Origin: Massilia sp. W12
GTDB lineage: Bacteria > Pseudomonadota > Gammaproteobacteria > Burkholderiales > Burkholderiaceae_D
Direction: 5' to 3'
Assembly (NCBI RefSeq): GCF_037300705.1
Contig: NZ_CP147776.1
Location: 5,026,857 to 5,090,856 of the forward strand
DNA: 64,000 nt
In this document: piece by piece, positions 1 through 9,600 of the stretch
How the letters are laid out: each line of letters opens with the position of its first letter
How positions within the stretch are numbered: the first letter of the stretch is position 1
Translations under genes and position numbers: made by a program
Notes under the pieces: generated by a model
What the model saw: the letters and a program-made list of their open reading frames with translations, nothing else
What the model was told of the DNA's origin: nothing
The model's database searches: none

Positions 1-790
1 TCAATTCCTGCACCAGCGAACGAGCTGGACTGGTGGCTGGAATCATCGTCGCAAACAGCGAGTTCGATGCCAAGGAATTACTCAAATCCATTGCCATTGC
101 GGTCTCAACGCTAATACCGATGTCGGTAAAAAGTTGAAAATCCTTCAAACTCTTCGGACTAGCCGCAGCAGCCACAGCACTTTTCAATGCAACATAAAAT
201 GCGCGACGCGCAAATAAAACATTGCGCAGATCGTCGATTTTGTCGAAAGATGCTCCGCGTTCTGACGTGCCAAACAAACGATAAGTTTGATCTGAGCCAA
301 GACCGGTAAATAAAGGAGTACCAGCCCAACCAGCGTTTTGATTATTAAAAATAGCACTGTCGGCAGGAATAGTTTCAAATAGTGTCTCGCCCACACCAAT
401 TGCATCTGCATTGGCGATATCTGTCATGGTTGGCGCCACTACATTACCATAAGCATCCGCCTCCCTAATACGTCGGGTATTGGGATTCGCCCCCAAAATA
501 TCAGCAAGTGCATTTTTAGCTACTTTATTTGACGCCTTCTGCATCAAGTCATCTGAATAATTCGTCGCACCGCGCAATTCCATCTGTTTCTTGCTATAAC
601 TACGAATAAATTCAGAAAAAATACCCTTACCGGAATTGGCTAGCTCTGCTCCTTCAAACCAGCGCTTTTCACTACTATTTGGCAATATACTAGCTATGTA
701 TTTATAAATATGACTATAGTTACCATTTACTTCCCCCGCCTCAGCAAGTTGCTTGATTTGTGCTATTTGTGCTGCTGTGAATTTATGCAT
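1..790 (-). CDS. Hypothetical protein, N-terminal 263 aa only; the ORF runs off the left window edge. It sits in the AT-rich island downstream of the lipoprotein paralog array and is a possible secreted effector/toxin partner of that array.
   Basis: My own translation of the minus strand from ATG (rc 788-790): MHKFTAAQIAQIKQLAEAGEVNGNY...ATSPARSLVQEL. It continues to position 1 with no stop and has an AT-rich composition like the array. I recognise no family motif. Confidence 0.5.
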   Translation of the reverse strand, partial: MHKFTAAQIAQIKQLAEAGEVNGNYSHIYKYIASILPNSSEKRWFEGAELANSGKGIFSEFIRSYSKKQMELRGATNYSDDLMQKASNKVAKNALADILGANPNTRRIREADAYGNVVAPTMTDIANADAIGVGETLFETIPADSAIFNNQNAGWAGTPLFTGLGSDQTYRLFGTSERGASFDKIDDLRNVLFARRAFYVALKSAVAAAASPKSLKDFQLFTDIGISVETAMAMDLSNSLASNSLFATMIPATSPARSLVQEL

Positions 791-816
791 ATCTATCCTA
801 ATTAGTTTAATAAAAT

Positions 817-1575
817 TTATCTCTGAACCGCGTGATCAAAAAATACATGTAGTTCCCTATAAATCTCTCGCCAATAAGGCAACAATTTAGGGACAAATTT
901 ATAGGTAACAGCAATATCCGGCTGGTAAACAAGGTCGGCGACACAATTTATCAATGGATGCACTTTGTCCTCGATTTGAGCTGCGGCGTCGCAGTGAATG
1001 CTGAAAGGGTAATCTCGCCCTCCATTATAATTTTGGTCGATTGGCACATAAACATACCTTTCAACATCTTTCCCATCTACAACCATATACTCGTGTAAAC
1101 CCCAATTATCCTTTTGATTACGAATAGGTGATTTCGCAATTATTTCATCAATATACTTCTTTTGCATAGCACTCCACTCATGGCTCTCACCCAAACTAGC
1201 GTTAAAATCAATGTCTATAACGCCCAATGTTTTCTCTTCAGCAGCCTTTTTGTCTGGTACCAGTTTATGATCGGCTGTAAAAGAAAGGCTAATCCTAATC
1301 TCATTTGCCCAACCTGGACGAATTTTGCTTGGATTTTTATACGCATCCCAACCAAGAGTGCCAGCATAAACTGTAATTTCAGGATCAAATCGCAATGTAG
1401 GGCGAAAATTGTTTCTGTCATTGAACAGCGTAATCTGATTGACGGTTTTCCCATCATTGATGATGCCATGTAAAGCATTATGCTCCGTGGAGCCGTACAT
1501 GGGCATGGGACGCTCACAAGCCACAAGTAGCGCAAGGCATAGTAAGCTCAGCCAATTCATATAGTTTTTCTGCAT
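817..1575 (-). CDS. Lipoprotein paralog, copy 1 (divergent middle region), 253 aa. Signal peptide plus lipobox (LLVAC). The N-terminal extension in the ORF track (to 1737) is rejected.
   Basis: ORF 817..1737 contains an internal start MQKNYMNWLSLLCLALLVAC|ERP, a typical lipoprotein signal with a cysteine. The upstream 54 codons overlap the previous copy's 3' end in another frame. Copy 1 shares its N- and C-terminal regions with copies 2 and 3 but has a divergent centre. Confidence 0.7.
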   Translation of the reverse strand: MQKNYMNWLSLLCLALLVACERPMPMYGSTEHNALHGIINDGKTVNQITLFNDRNNFRPTLRFDPEITVYAGTLGWDAYKNPSKIRPGWANEIRISLSFTADHKLVPDKKAAEEKTLGVIDIDFNASLGESHEWSAMQKKYIDEIIAKSPIRNQKDNWGLHEYMVVDGKDVERYVYVPIDQNYNGGRDYPFSIHCDAAAQIEDKVHPLINCVADLVYQPDIAVTYKFVPKLLPYWREIYRELHVFFDHAVQR

Positions 1576-1609
1576 TGTTCGCATTGTGTCCTCAATCAAA
1601 AAGGAAATC

Positions 1610-2368
1610 CTATCTCTGAACCGTTTGATCAAAAAATACATGTAGCTCCCGATAAATCTCTCGCCAATAAGGCAACAAATTAGGGCTAAATGCATAAGTA
1701 ACAGCAATGTCGGGCTTATAGAGAAGGTTGGCGACACAATTTGTCAATGGATGTACTTTATCTTCGATTAGAGCACCTGTATTGCAGTGAATGCTAAAAG
1801 GATAATCTCGCCCACCATTATATTTTTGGTCGATTGGCACATAAACATACCTGTCAACTTCTTTCCCATCTACAACCATATATTCGTGTAGACCCCAATC
1901 ATTTCTTTGGTTACGAATAGGCGATCTGGCAATTATTTCAGCAATGAGTTTATTTTGCTTGGCATTCCAATCAGGGCTATCACCAAGATTAGCGATGAAA
2001 TCTATATATACAAAACCCAATATTTCATTTTCAGGAATTTTATTAGCCGCCAACAATTTCTTATTTTTTGTAAAACCAAGAACTATATTAATTTTATTTG
2101 CCCAACCTGGACGAATTTTGGTTGGATTTTTATACGCATCCCAACCAAGAGTTGCAGCACGAACTGTAATTTCAGGGTCAAATCGCAATGTGGGTCGAAA
2201 ATCATTCCTGTCATTGAACAGCGTAATCTGATTGACGGTTTTCCCATCATTGATGATGCCATGTAAAGCATTATGCTCAGGGGAGCCGTACATGGGCATT
2301 GGACGCTCACAAGCCACAAGTAGCGCAAGGCATAGTAAGCTCAGCCAATTCATATAGTTTTTCTGCAT
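1610..2368 (-). CDS. Lipoprotein paralog, copy 2 (253 aa).
   Basis: Same signal/lipobox start (MQKNYMNWLSLLCLALLVAC). The protein is identical to copy 3, consistent with a recent 793-bp tandem duplication. Confidence 0.7.
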   Translation of the reverse strand: MQKNYMNWLSLLCLALLVACERPMPMYGSPEHNALHGIINDGKTVNQITLFNDRNDFRPTLRFDPEITVRAATLGWDAYKNPTKIRPGWANKINIVLGFTKNKKLLAANKIPENEILGFVYIDFIANLGDSPDWNAKQNKLIAEIIARSPIRNQRNDWGLHEYMVVDGKEVDRYVYVPIDQKYNGGRDYPFSIHCNTGALIEDKVHPLTNCVANLLYKPDIAVTYAFSPNLLPYWREIYRELHVFFDQTVQR

Positions 2369-2402
2369 TGTTCGCATTGTGTCCTCAATCAAAAAGGAAA
2401 TC

Positions 2403-3161
2403 CTATCTCTGAACCGTTTGATCAAAAAATACATGTAGCTCCCGATAAATCTCTCGCCAATAAGGCAACAAATTAGGGCTAAATGCATAAGTAACAGCAA
2501 TGTCGGGCTTATAGAGAAGGTTGGCGACACAATTTGTCAATGGATGTACTTTATCTTCGATTAGAGCACCTGTATTGCAGTGAATGCTAAAAGGATAATC
2601 TCGCCCACCATTATATTTTTGGTCGATTGGCACATAAACATACCTGTCAACTTCTTTCCCATCTACAACCATATATTCGTGTAGACCCCAATCATTTCTT
2701 TGGTTACGAATAGGCGATCTGGCAATTATTTCAGCAATGAGTTTATTTTGCTTGGCATTCCAATCAGGGCTATCACCAAGATTAGCGATGAAATCTATAT
2801 ATACAAAACCCAATATTTCATTTTCAGGAATTTTATTAGCCGCCAACAATTTCTTATTTTTTGTAAAACCAAGAACTATATTAATTTTATTTGCCCAACC
2901 TGGACGAATTTTGGTTGGATTTTTATACGCATCCCAACCAAGAGTTGCAGCACGAACTGTAATTTCAGGGTCAAATCGCAATGTGGGTCGAAAATCATTC
3001 CTGTCATTGAACAGCGTAATCTGATTGACGGTTTTCCCATCATTGATGATGCCATGTAAAGCATTATGCTCAGGGGAGCCGTACATGGGCATTGGACGCT
3101 CACAAGCCACAAGTAGCGCAAGGCATAGTAAGCTCAGCCAATTCATATAGTTTTTCTGCAT
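2403..3161 (-). CDS. Lipoprotein paralog, copy 3 (253 aa), identical to copy 2.
   Basis: ORF 2403..3323 translation is identical to ORF 1610..2530. The nucleotide unit 1610-2402 repeats at 2403-3195. Confidence 0.7.
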   Translation of the reverse strand: MQKNYMNWLSLLCLALLVACERPMPMYGSPEHNALHGIINDGKTVNQITLFNDRNDFRPTLRFDPEITVRAATLGWDAYKNPTKIRPGWANKINIVLGFTKNKKLLAANKIPENEILGFVYIDFIANLGDSPDWNAKQNKLIAEIIARSPIRNQRNDWGLHEYMVVDGKEVDRYVYVPIDQKYNGGRDYPFSIHCNTGALIEDKVHPLTNCVANLLYKPDIAVTYAFSPNLLPYWREIYRELHVFFDQTVQR

Positions 3162-3195
3162 TGTTCGCATTGTGTCCTCAATCAAAAAGGAAATC

Positions 3196-3959
3196 CTATC
3201 TCTGAACCGTTTGATCAAAAAATACATGTAGCTCCCGATAAATCTCTCGCCAATAAGGCAACAAATTAGGGCTAAATGCATAAGTAACAGCAATGTCGGG
3301 CTTATAGAGAAGGTTGGCGACACAATTTGGCAATGGATGTACTTTATCTTCGATTAGAGCACCTGTATTGCAGTGAATGCTAAAGGATAATCTCGCCCAC
3401 CATTATAAACTTGGTCGATAGGAATATAAACATACCTCTCAACACGATTTTTTTCTACGGTTATATACTCGCGCAAACCCCAATCATCTTTTTGATTGCG
3501 AATAGGCGATTTAGCAATTATTTCATCAATGAGTTTATTTTGCATAGTATTCCAATCAGGGCTATCACCCAAATTAGCGATTAAATCAATATTTAAAAAA
3601 CCCAATATTTCATTTTCAGGAATTTTATTACCCACCACTAATTTCTTATTTTTTGTAAAATCAAGAACTATATTAATAGTATTTGCCCAACCTGGACGAA
3701 TTTTGCTTGGATTTTTATACGCATTCCAACCAAGAGTGCTGGCATAAACTGTAATTTCAGGATCAAATCGCAATGTAGGCCGAAAATTGTTTCTGTCATT
3801 GAACAGCGTAATCTGATTGACGGTTTTCCCATCATTGATGATGCCATGTAAAGCATTATGCTCAGAGGAGCCGTACAGGGGCATGGGACGCTCACATGCT
3901 GTAAGTAGCACGAAGGATACTAAAATTAGATTACTCAAATAATAGTGTTTTTTATTCAT
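3196..3959 (-). pseudogene. Lipoprotein paralog, copy 4. It is frameshifted near 3375 (one A missing relative to the other copies). The intact N-terminal portion is ORF 3354..3959 with its own signal/lipobox MNKKHYYLSNLILVSFVLLTAC.
   Basis: The 208-aa ORF ends GGRDYPLAFTAIQVL* where the other copies continue GGRDYPFSIHC.... Nucleotide homology to the repeat unit continues downstream of the premature stop to about 3200. Confidence 0.55.
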
Positions 3960-4439
3960 TGTTATTACACTCAAACACAAATCACTACCATTATCATAAT
4001 ATTAAAAATCAAATATTATGATTTTCTTATGCTGTCCCAAGTTGAATTTTCATGTCCTCAGCCAGATATAGTAATCGGATTTCTGAACACATCCATTTAG
4101 AAACACACTGTCAAGGCTGGCCGTCGTTTAGATTAAGCACAGGGGTTTTGAATAGACAATGGGAAAATTTGTAAGTAAAATTACCAAGCAAAGATGCAAA
4201 ATCTTAGCACAGAAATTTCCATAAAGCAACAACATGCGCTCAAAAACACTTTTCCCCCAATGAGCAAAGCCCCAAAAATTTTGTTGTTTGCAAACCAAGG
4301 GCATACTACATGCCAGGACGTTTTGATCTTTTAAGTTTCACTTAAATAAATCCTAAAAGTAAAGTTAACTTTTCGCGTGATGTGTTTTCATTCTTGCTTT
4401 TTTCCAAAACAGAATGGCATGCATGATGTGACGAGACGA

Positions 4440-5158
4440 TCAGTGGCCAAGCATTGAGACCTTGGTACCTGGAAAGGCTGGGGATAGCGGCAGAACAGGC
4501 GTGAATAACCGGCTGTTTGTAGAGGCTGTACTATGAATAGCAAAGACAGGCAGCCCGTGGCGGGATTTGCCAGCTGAATTAGGCTCATGGAACAGCGTCT
4601 ATATGAGGTTTGCGCGTTAGTGGGATAAGCAGGTGTGACGCAAGATATTTGCAGTACTGTGCGAGGATGCGGATTTTAAGGAAATTTTTCTTGATAGCAC
4701 CATCATGAGGGCGCATCAACATGCCGCTGGAACAGCAAAAGAAGCGTAATTCATTGGCAGATCTGGTGGAGGACTAAGCACGAAAATTCATGCTTGCCTT
4801 GAGGGCTTGGGCAATTTGGTTCAGTTCATCCTGACTGGCGGACAAGTGAACGATATCACCCGGGAAGTTGCCTTGCTCAATGACATCGCGCCGCAAGCGG
4901 TGCTGGCAGGGAAAGCCTACGATCCCAACACATTGATTGCGTGCATTGAAGAGAAACAGCCAAGGTCGGGATTCCACCAAAGGCGAACCGGAAAGAACAG
5001 CGGGAGTATGATCCGTTCCATATCGAAATCGCAATCTCATTGCGCTTTTTTTCGCCAAAATTAAGCAATTCCGGCGGATTACTACGCGCTATGACAAACT
5101 GGATACCCGTTTCGCCTTGTTTATAAGTTTGGCGACATCAATGATCAGGCTAAAGTAA
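4440..5158 (+). pseudogene. IS5-family (IS427/IS1031-like) transposase, degraded with multiple frameshifts and a stop.
   Basis: Frame fragments read ...DSTIMRAHQHAAG..., ...LSTKIHACLEGLGNLVQFILTGGQVNDIT...AVLAGKAYDPN... (ORF 4807..5064), and in another frame ...LFFAKIKQFRRITTRYDKLDTRFALFISLATSMIRLK* ending at 5158. These are classic IS5-family DDE region and C-terminal motifs but not in one frame. Confidence 0.65.
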
Positions 5159-5285
5159 ATGTAAACATACCCCAGTCCAGACTGAACTTCCCTCATGACT
5201 GCCTGCCCACCATTGCGGCGCACTGCTGATGGCGGGCAGTTTCGTTTCTGCGCCAATCAATCCAGATTGATCAGATTTGCTGCAC

Positions 5286-6233
5286 TCAGGCGCGACGGCG
5301 GCGCGCGGCCCAGCCGAGCAGGCCCAGGCCGCCCAACAGCATGGCCCAGGTGTGCGCTTCCGGCACGGCGGAAGGCGTGTGCCACGGCTCGTAACCGATT
5401 TCCACTTGCGCATTGATCGAATGCGCCATCACACTGCCTTCGATATGTCCCGTACCGCTGATATTGGCGCCGGTGGCCAAAATGCTGCCCCAGGTAAAGG
5501 TCGAGATCTTGACATCGCTGGCGTTGACGAAATTGAACAGCACGCGGTCGCGCAGGGCTTCCAACTGCCCATCCTGGCCGCCGGCGAAGGTGTAATTGCC
5601 GGGCGCACCGAAGACATTCACCACCACTTGCGCATCGCTGCGCACGTTTTGCAAATACAGATTGCTGAGTTGATTGGTGTGCAGATTGAAGACCTGGGTG
5701 TGCGCCTGACCGTCACCGCTCAGATACAGTCCGCCCCATTTTTGCTCAACCACGCCATTTGCCGCCAGCTTGCTCAAATCGCTGGAAAGCTGCGTCAATT
5801 TGCCGTGCGCGGCGGCGAAGTCGAGCGGCTTGCCCTGGCGCAGATCGTGCACTGACAAGGATTGATTTTTGCCGCCGTACACGCCGTAGCCCAGCGGTTT
5901 TTCCCAGGAGGTGATAGGGCCGGTGCTGGCATTGGTATCAATATTGGTCTTGGGCGGGCCGAAAATCGCGCCTGTGCCGAGTTTCACATCGCCGCCCACC
6001 ACCAGCGATGCCGCGCTGCTGCCATAGGGCGCGCGGTAGCCGATTGAAAAGCCGCTGGTCTGCAGCGAGCCGCCCACCGCCAAACGGCCTTCGACATCCA
6101 TCACGCGACTGGCGTCGCCAAAGAAAAAGCCGCTGTAGTCGCGCGCCGCGCCCAGATCAATCCGGGTTGCCGCTTGTGCGCTGGCGGCGCACAAGCCGGC
6201 CAGCAAAATCAAGATTGCAGAAGAGGGTTTCAT
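5286..6233 (-). CDS. PEP-CTERM sorting-domain secreted protein. N-terminal signal peptide, Gly/Ser/Thr-rich body, and a C-terminal VPEA...GLLGWAARRRRA anchor.
   Basis: Internal start MKPSSAILILLAGLCAASAQA. The C-terminus PSAVPEAHTWAMLLGGLGLLGWAARRRRA is a PEP motif + TM + Arg cluster. Confidence 0.75.
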   Translation of the reverse strand: MKPSSAILILLAGLCAASAQAATRIDLGAARDYSGFFFGDASRVMDVEGRLAVGGSLQTSGFSIGYRAPYGSSAASLVVGGDVKLGTGAIFGPPKTNIDTNASTGPITSWEKPLGYGVYGGKNQSLSVHDLRQGKPLDFAAAHGKLTQLSSDLSKLAANGVVEQKWGGLYLSGDGQAHTQVFNLHTNQLSNLYLQNVRSDAQVVVNVFGAPGNYTFAGGQDGQLEALRDRVLFNFVNASDVKISTFTWGSILATGANISGTGHIEGSVMAHSINAQVEIGYEPWHTPSAVPEAHTWAMLLGGLGLLGWAARRRRA

Positions 6234-6495
6234 CAATATCCTTGTGGCAAGAAGGCCGGTGGACATATGAAGGAAGCCGCCGGCAATTGAGGTAAGTACC
6301 AATTTCGATTTGGTATTATATCGGTATTATTTACGCAGAGCAATACACTGATTTGGCCCTGCCCTCTAATTGGGGGGATGCGGTAGCCGGCCCTGCTGCC
6401 GGCGGCAGGCGCGCGCGCTACCCATGGCAATTGGCAAGCCGGTCGGCTTGTCAAATCGGCTATCATGCGGTCTTCATGAATTTGCTGGATTTGTT

Positions 6496-8931
6496 ATGAA
6501 CGCTCCCGCCAAGAAAAAATCAACCCTGATGCGCATTCTCATTTTGCTTGGCATCGGCGGCGCGCTGTGTGGCGCGCTGTTGCTGGGTTTTATGATGATT
6601 GTGATTCAGCCGCAGCTGCCGGATCTGGCGGAAATGACCGATTACCGGCCCAAGATGCCCTTGCGGGTGTACACCGCTGACGGTGCGCTGCTGGGTGAAT
6701 TCGGGCAGCAAAAACGTGATTTCATCGCCGCCAAAGATATGCCGGTGATGATGAAAAAAGCCTTGCTGGCGGTCGAGGATTCGCGTTTTTATGAGCACGG
6801 CGGGGTCGATTTCAAAGGCGTGTTGCGCGCCATTGTGAGCGACTTGAGCGGCGGCATGCGCCAGGGCGCTTCAACCATCACGATGCAAATCGCACGCGAT
6901 TTTTATCTGACGCGGGAAAAATTGATGACGCGCAAGCTGACCGAGGTGATGCTGGCGCACCGCATCGAATCTGCGCTGAATAAAGAACAAATCCTGGAGC
7001 TGTATATGAACCAGGTGTATCTGGGCGAGCGCGCTTACGGTTTTGGTGCGGCGGCCCGCATTTACTATGGCAAAAAAGTGTCGGAATTGAGCATTGCGCA
7101 GATGGCGATGTTGGCCGGCTTGCCGCAGCGCCCGGCGGATGCGAATCCGGTCGCCAACTACAAGCGCGCGCGCAACCGGCAATTGATTGTGCTGCGCCGC
7201 ATGCTCGACACCGGCGCGATTACGCAAGCCCAGTATGAGGCGGCCAAGGCGGAACCGCATGCGCTGCGCGAACGCGGCCGCAGCACCGAGCCAAGCGGCG
7301 AATATGTGGCGGAAATGGTGCGTCAGGCCTTGTTTGAGCAATATAAAGAGCAGATTTATGTGAATGGCCTGTCGGTGTACACCACGGTCAACAAGGCGGA
7401 GCAGGAAGCCGCCTGGGACGCTTTGCGGCGCCAGGTGCTGACGTATGAAAGCCGGCACGGTTTCCGTGGCCCGGAAGCGCGCATCGCCCTGCCGGCGAAT
7501 GCCGAAGAACGCGAAGAGGCGATTGCCGATGGCCTGGAGAAATTGCCGCGCGTGTATAAAATCCCGCTCGCCGTGGTGCTGGCGGCCAGCCCCAAATTAC
7601 TGAAGGTGGAAACCGAAAGCGGCGAAGAGCTGGAGATTGGCAGCGAGGGTTTGCGCCTGGTGCAAGGCGCACTGTCTGCCAAAGCCGATGCGCAGAAAAA
7701 AATCACGCCCGGCGCGGTGCTGCGTTTGATGCAAGACGCCAAGGGCCGCTGGCAGGTGGTGCAGCTGCCGCAGGTGGCGGCCGGTTTCACCGCACTCGAC
7801 GCGAAAACCGGCGCAGTGCGCGCCCTGGTTGGCGGCTTTGATTACAATCTGTCCAAATTCAACCACGCCACGCAAGCCTGGCGCCAGCCCGGCTCCAGCA
7901 TCAAACCCTTTATTTATTCCGCCGGGGTGGAAGAAGGCATGTGGCCGGGCACCCTGATCAATGGGCGTGAATTGAGCATTCCTTCCGGCGGCAATGTCTG
8001 GAGTCCGGAGAACGATGACGGCGTGTATGAGGACGCCGTGAGCATGAAGCAGGCTTTAACCAAGTCCAAAAATGTGATCGCGGTGCGGATTTTGCGCCAT
8101 GTCGGGATTACGCGCGGCCATGCTTTCTTGCAGCGCTTCGGCTTTGATCTGGATAAACATCCGAAAAATCTGACCATGGCCCTGGGGACAGGCTCGGTCA
8201 CGGTGCAGCAAATGGCGGCGGCGTATGCGGTGTTTGCGAATGGCGGCCATCGGGTGCAGCCGTATTTGATCGCCAAGGTGCAGGATGCGCGCGGCAAAGT
8301 CTTGTTTGAAGCCCGGCCAACGCAGTTGGATGACAGCACGCGCGTGCTGTCGGCGCAAAACGCCTTTTTGATGCACCAGATGATGCATCAAGTAACCGTC
8401 AGCGGCACTGCCGCCGCCGCCACCCAGCGTCTGGGGCGGCAGGATCTGGCCGGCAAAACCGGCACCACCAGCGATGCGCTGGACGGCTGGTTTGGCGGCT
8501 ATGCGCAAAACATTGTGGCGGTGGGCTGGATGGGCTATGACGATCCGCGCTCGCTGGGCGGCAAGGAATTCGGCTCCAGTCTGGCGCTGCCGATCTGGAT
8601 TGACTATATGCGCGTGGCGCTGGCCGGCAAACCGGCGGCTGAACGTCCGCTGCCGGGCGGGATTGTGTTCCAGGATGGCGATTATTTGCCGCAAGCGCGG
8701 CTGGAAGATGGCAGCTTGATCCGCGCCGTGGAATTGGGCGAGGCCGCCGGCGAAAGCGCGCCGCCGGCGCAGACGCATGAGCCGGAGCCGCAGCACGCGC
8801 CGGCGCCGCAGCCTGCCGCCCATGCCCCGGCGCCGCAACGCGCCGCGCCAGCGGCCCCCGCCGCCCCTGCGCCGGCGCAACCGACGCCCGGCGGTTTTTT
8901 CCCGCGCAAGCCGGATCCGGCGCCGCGATGA
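6496..8931 (+). CDS. mrcA: Penicillin-binding protein 1A (bifunctional transglycosylase/transpeptidase) with a Pro/Ala-rich C-terminal tail.
   Basis: Membrane anchor MRILILLGIGGALCG. GT51 motifs (EDSRFYEHGGVD, RQGASTITMQ), transpeptidase SIKP and KTGT motifs. Start chosen at MNAPAKKK (6496). Confidence 0.9.
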   Translation: MNAPAKKKSTLMRILILLGIGGALCGALLLGFMMIVIQPQLPDLAEMTDYRPKMPLRVYTADGALLGEFGQQKRDFIAAKDMPVMMKKALLAVEDSRFYEHGGVDFKGVLRAIVSDLSGGMRQGASTITMQIARDFYLTREKLMTRKLTEVMLAHRIESALNKEQILELYMNQVYLGERAYGFGAAARIYYGKKVSELSIAQMAMLAGLPQRPADANPVANYKRARNRQLIVLRRMLDTGAITQAQYEAAKAEPHALRERGRSTEPSGEYVAEMVRQALFEQYKEQIYVNGLSVYTTVNKAEQEAAWDALRRQVLTYESRHGFRGPEARIALPANAEEREEAIADGLEKLPRVYKIPLAVVLAASPKLLKVETESGEELEIGSEGLRLVQGALSAKADAQKKITPGAVLRLMQDAKGRWQVVQLPQVAAGFTALDAKTGAVRALVGGFDYNLSKFNHATQAWRQPGSSIKPFIYSAGVEEGMWPGTLINGRELSIPSGGNVWSPENDDGVYEDAVSMKQALTKSKNVIAVRILRHVGITRGHAFLQRFGFDLDKHPKNLTMALGTGSVTVQQMAAAYAVFANGGHRVQPYLIAKVQDARGKVLFEARPTQLDDSTRVLSAQNAFLMHQMMHQVTVSGTAAAATQRLGRQDLAGKTGTTSDALDGWFGGYAQNIVAVGWMGYDDPRSLGGKEFGSSLALPIWIDYMRVALAGKPAAERPLPGGIVFQDGDYLPQARLEDGSLIRAVELGEAAGESAPPAQTHEPEPQHAPAPQPAAHAPAPQRAAPAAPAAPAPAQPTPGGFFPRKPDPAPR

Positions 8932-9497
8932 ATTTGCTGCGTTTGGATTGGCGCTATCCACTCGCCCCCGGCGTGCTGTTGCGCGCGCTGGAGCCGGGCG
9001 ACGCCGCCGCGCTGCTCAAGTTTGAACGCGACAACCGCGCCTGGTTTGAGCGTTTTATTGAGCCGCGCGGCGCTTTCTTTTATTGGCCCGACGGGGTGCA
9101 AGCGCATGTGCAGGAATTTTGCGCGGCGATGCAAAGCGGCCAGTTGCTGGCCCTGCTGCTGGAGGAAGATGGGGCCATCATTGGCCGCATCAATTTGCAT
9201 GGCATCGCCAGACACAGCGCACGCATCGGCTACCGTCAGGCGCAGCATGCCTGCGGTCGCGGTCTGACCAGTCTGGCGGTGGCGCAAGTCTGTCACTGGG
9301 CGCAGGAAAGGCTGGACTTGCACAATTTGCGCACCTGGGTGGTGCAGGAAAATGCGGCGAGCGCGCGGGTGCTGCATAAAAATGGCTTTGTGCTGCTGCG
9401 CAAGGGGGAGAAAAAAACCCCGCTGGCGCATGGCCAAGCCGTGTGTGATGGCTGGTGGAAATTGCTGCAAGCGCATGCCGGCATACGCCAAGTCTGA
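8928..9497 (+). CDS. GNAT-family N-acetyltransferase (RimJ/RimL-like).
   Basis: 189-aa ORF whose ATGA overlaps the mrcA stop. It has a GNAT-like core (…IIGRINLHGIARHSARIGYRQAQHACGRGL…). Confidence 0.6.
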   Translation: MNLLRLDWRYPLAPGVLLRALEPGDAAALLKFERDNRAWFERFIEPRGAFFYWPDGVQAHVQEFCAAMQSGQLLALLLEEDGAIIGRINLHGIARHSARIGYRQAQHACGRGLTSLAVAQVCHWAQERLDLHNLRTWVVQENAASARVLHKNGFVLLRKGEKKTPLAHGQAVCDGWWKLLQAHAGIRQV

Positions 9498-9600
9498 CAA
9501 ATCTGAACTTTTCCCCCTGCCGCTTCTCTATGCCGGCAAAGCCTGCAAGCCTGTCCTCAGCCACTTGCCATTCCGACACGATTACCACTTTGGAGACTGC

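Larger units (their letters stand above)
817..3980. repeat. Tandem array with a ~793-bp period carrying the four paralogous lipoprotein genes. Units 2 and 3 are identical. AT-rich (about 38-40% GC) against a >60% GC genome.
   Basis: ORF starts at 1737/2530/3323 and ends at 817/1610/2403 are exactly 793 bp apart. The proteins are repeated in the track. Confidence 0.9.

Noticed and set aside
184-411. 75-aa minus-strand ORF inside the partial left-edge gene
   Set aside because: It is an out-of-frame internal ORF. The longer in-frame reading from ATG at 790 to the window edge is uninterrupted and coherent.
817-3323. N-terminal 54-aa extensions (MSPTFSISPTLLLLMHLALICCLIGERF…) on the 306-aa lipoprotein ORFs, making adjacent genes overlap by 128 nt
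   Set aside because: The extension is encoded by the 3' end of the neighbouring repeat unit in another frame. A canonical lipoprotein signal peptide starts at the internal Met (MQKNYMNWL…), so the genes are 253 aa and do not overlap.
1-4400. Calling the lipoprotein array and its partner gene a T6SS effector-immunity locus
   Set aside because: No vgrG/hcp/PAAR/tss genes are visible in the window, and neither protein carries a motif I can assign to a named Tle/Tli family. It is kept only as a hypothesis in the findings, not as an annotation.
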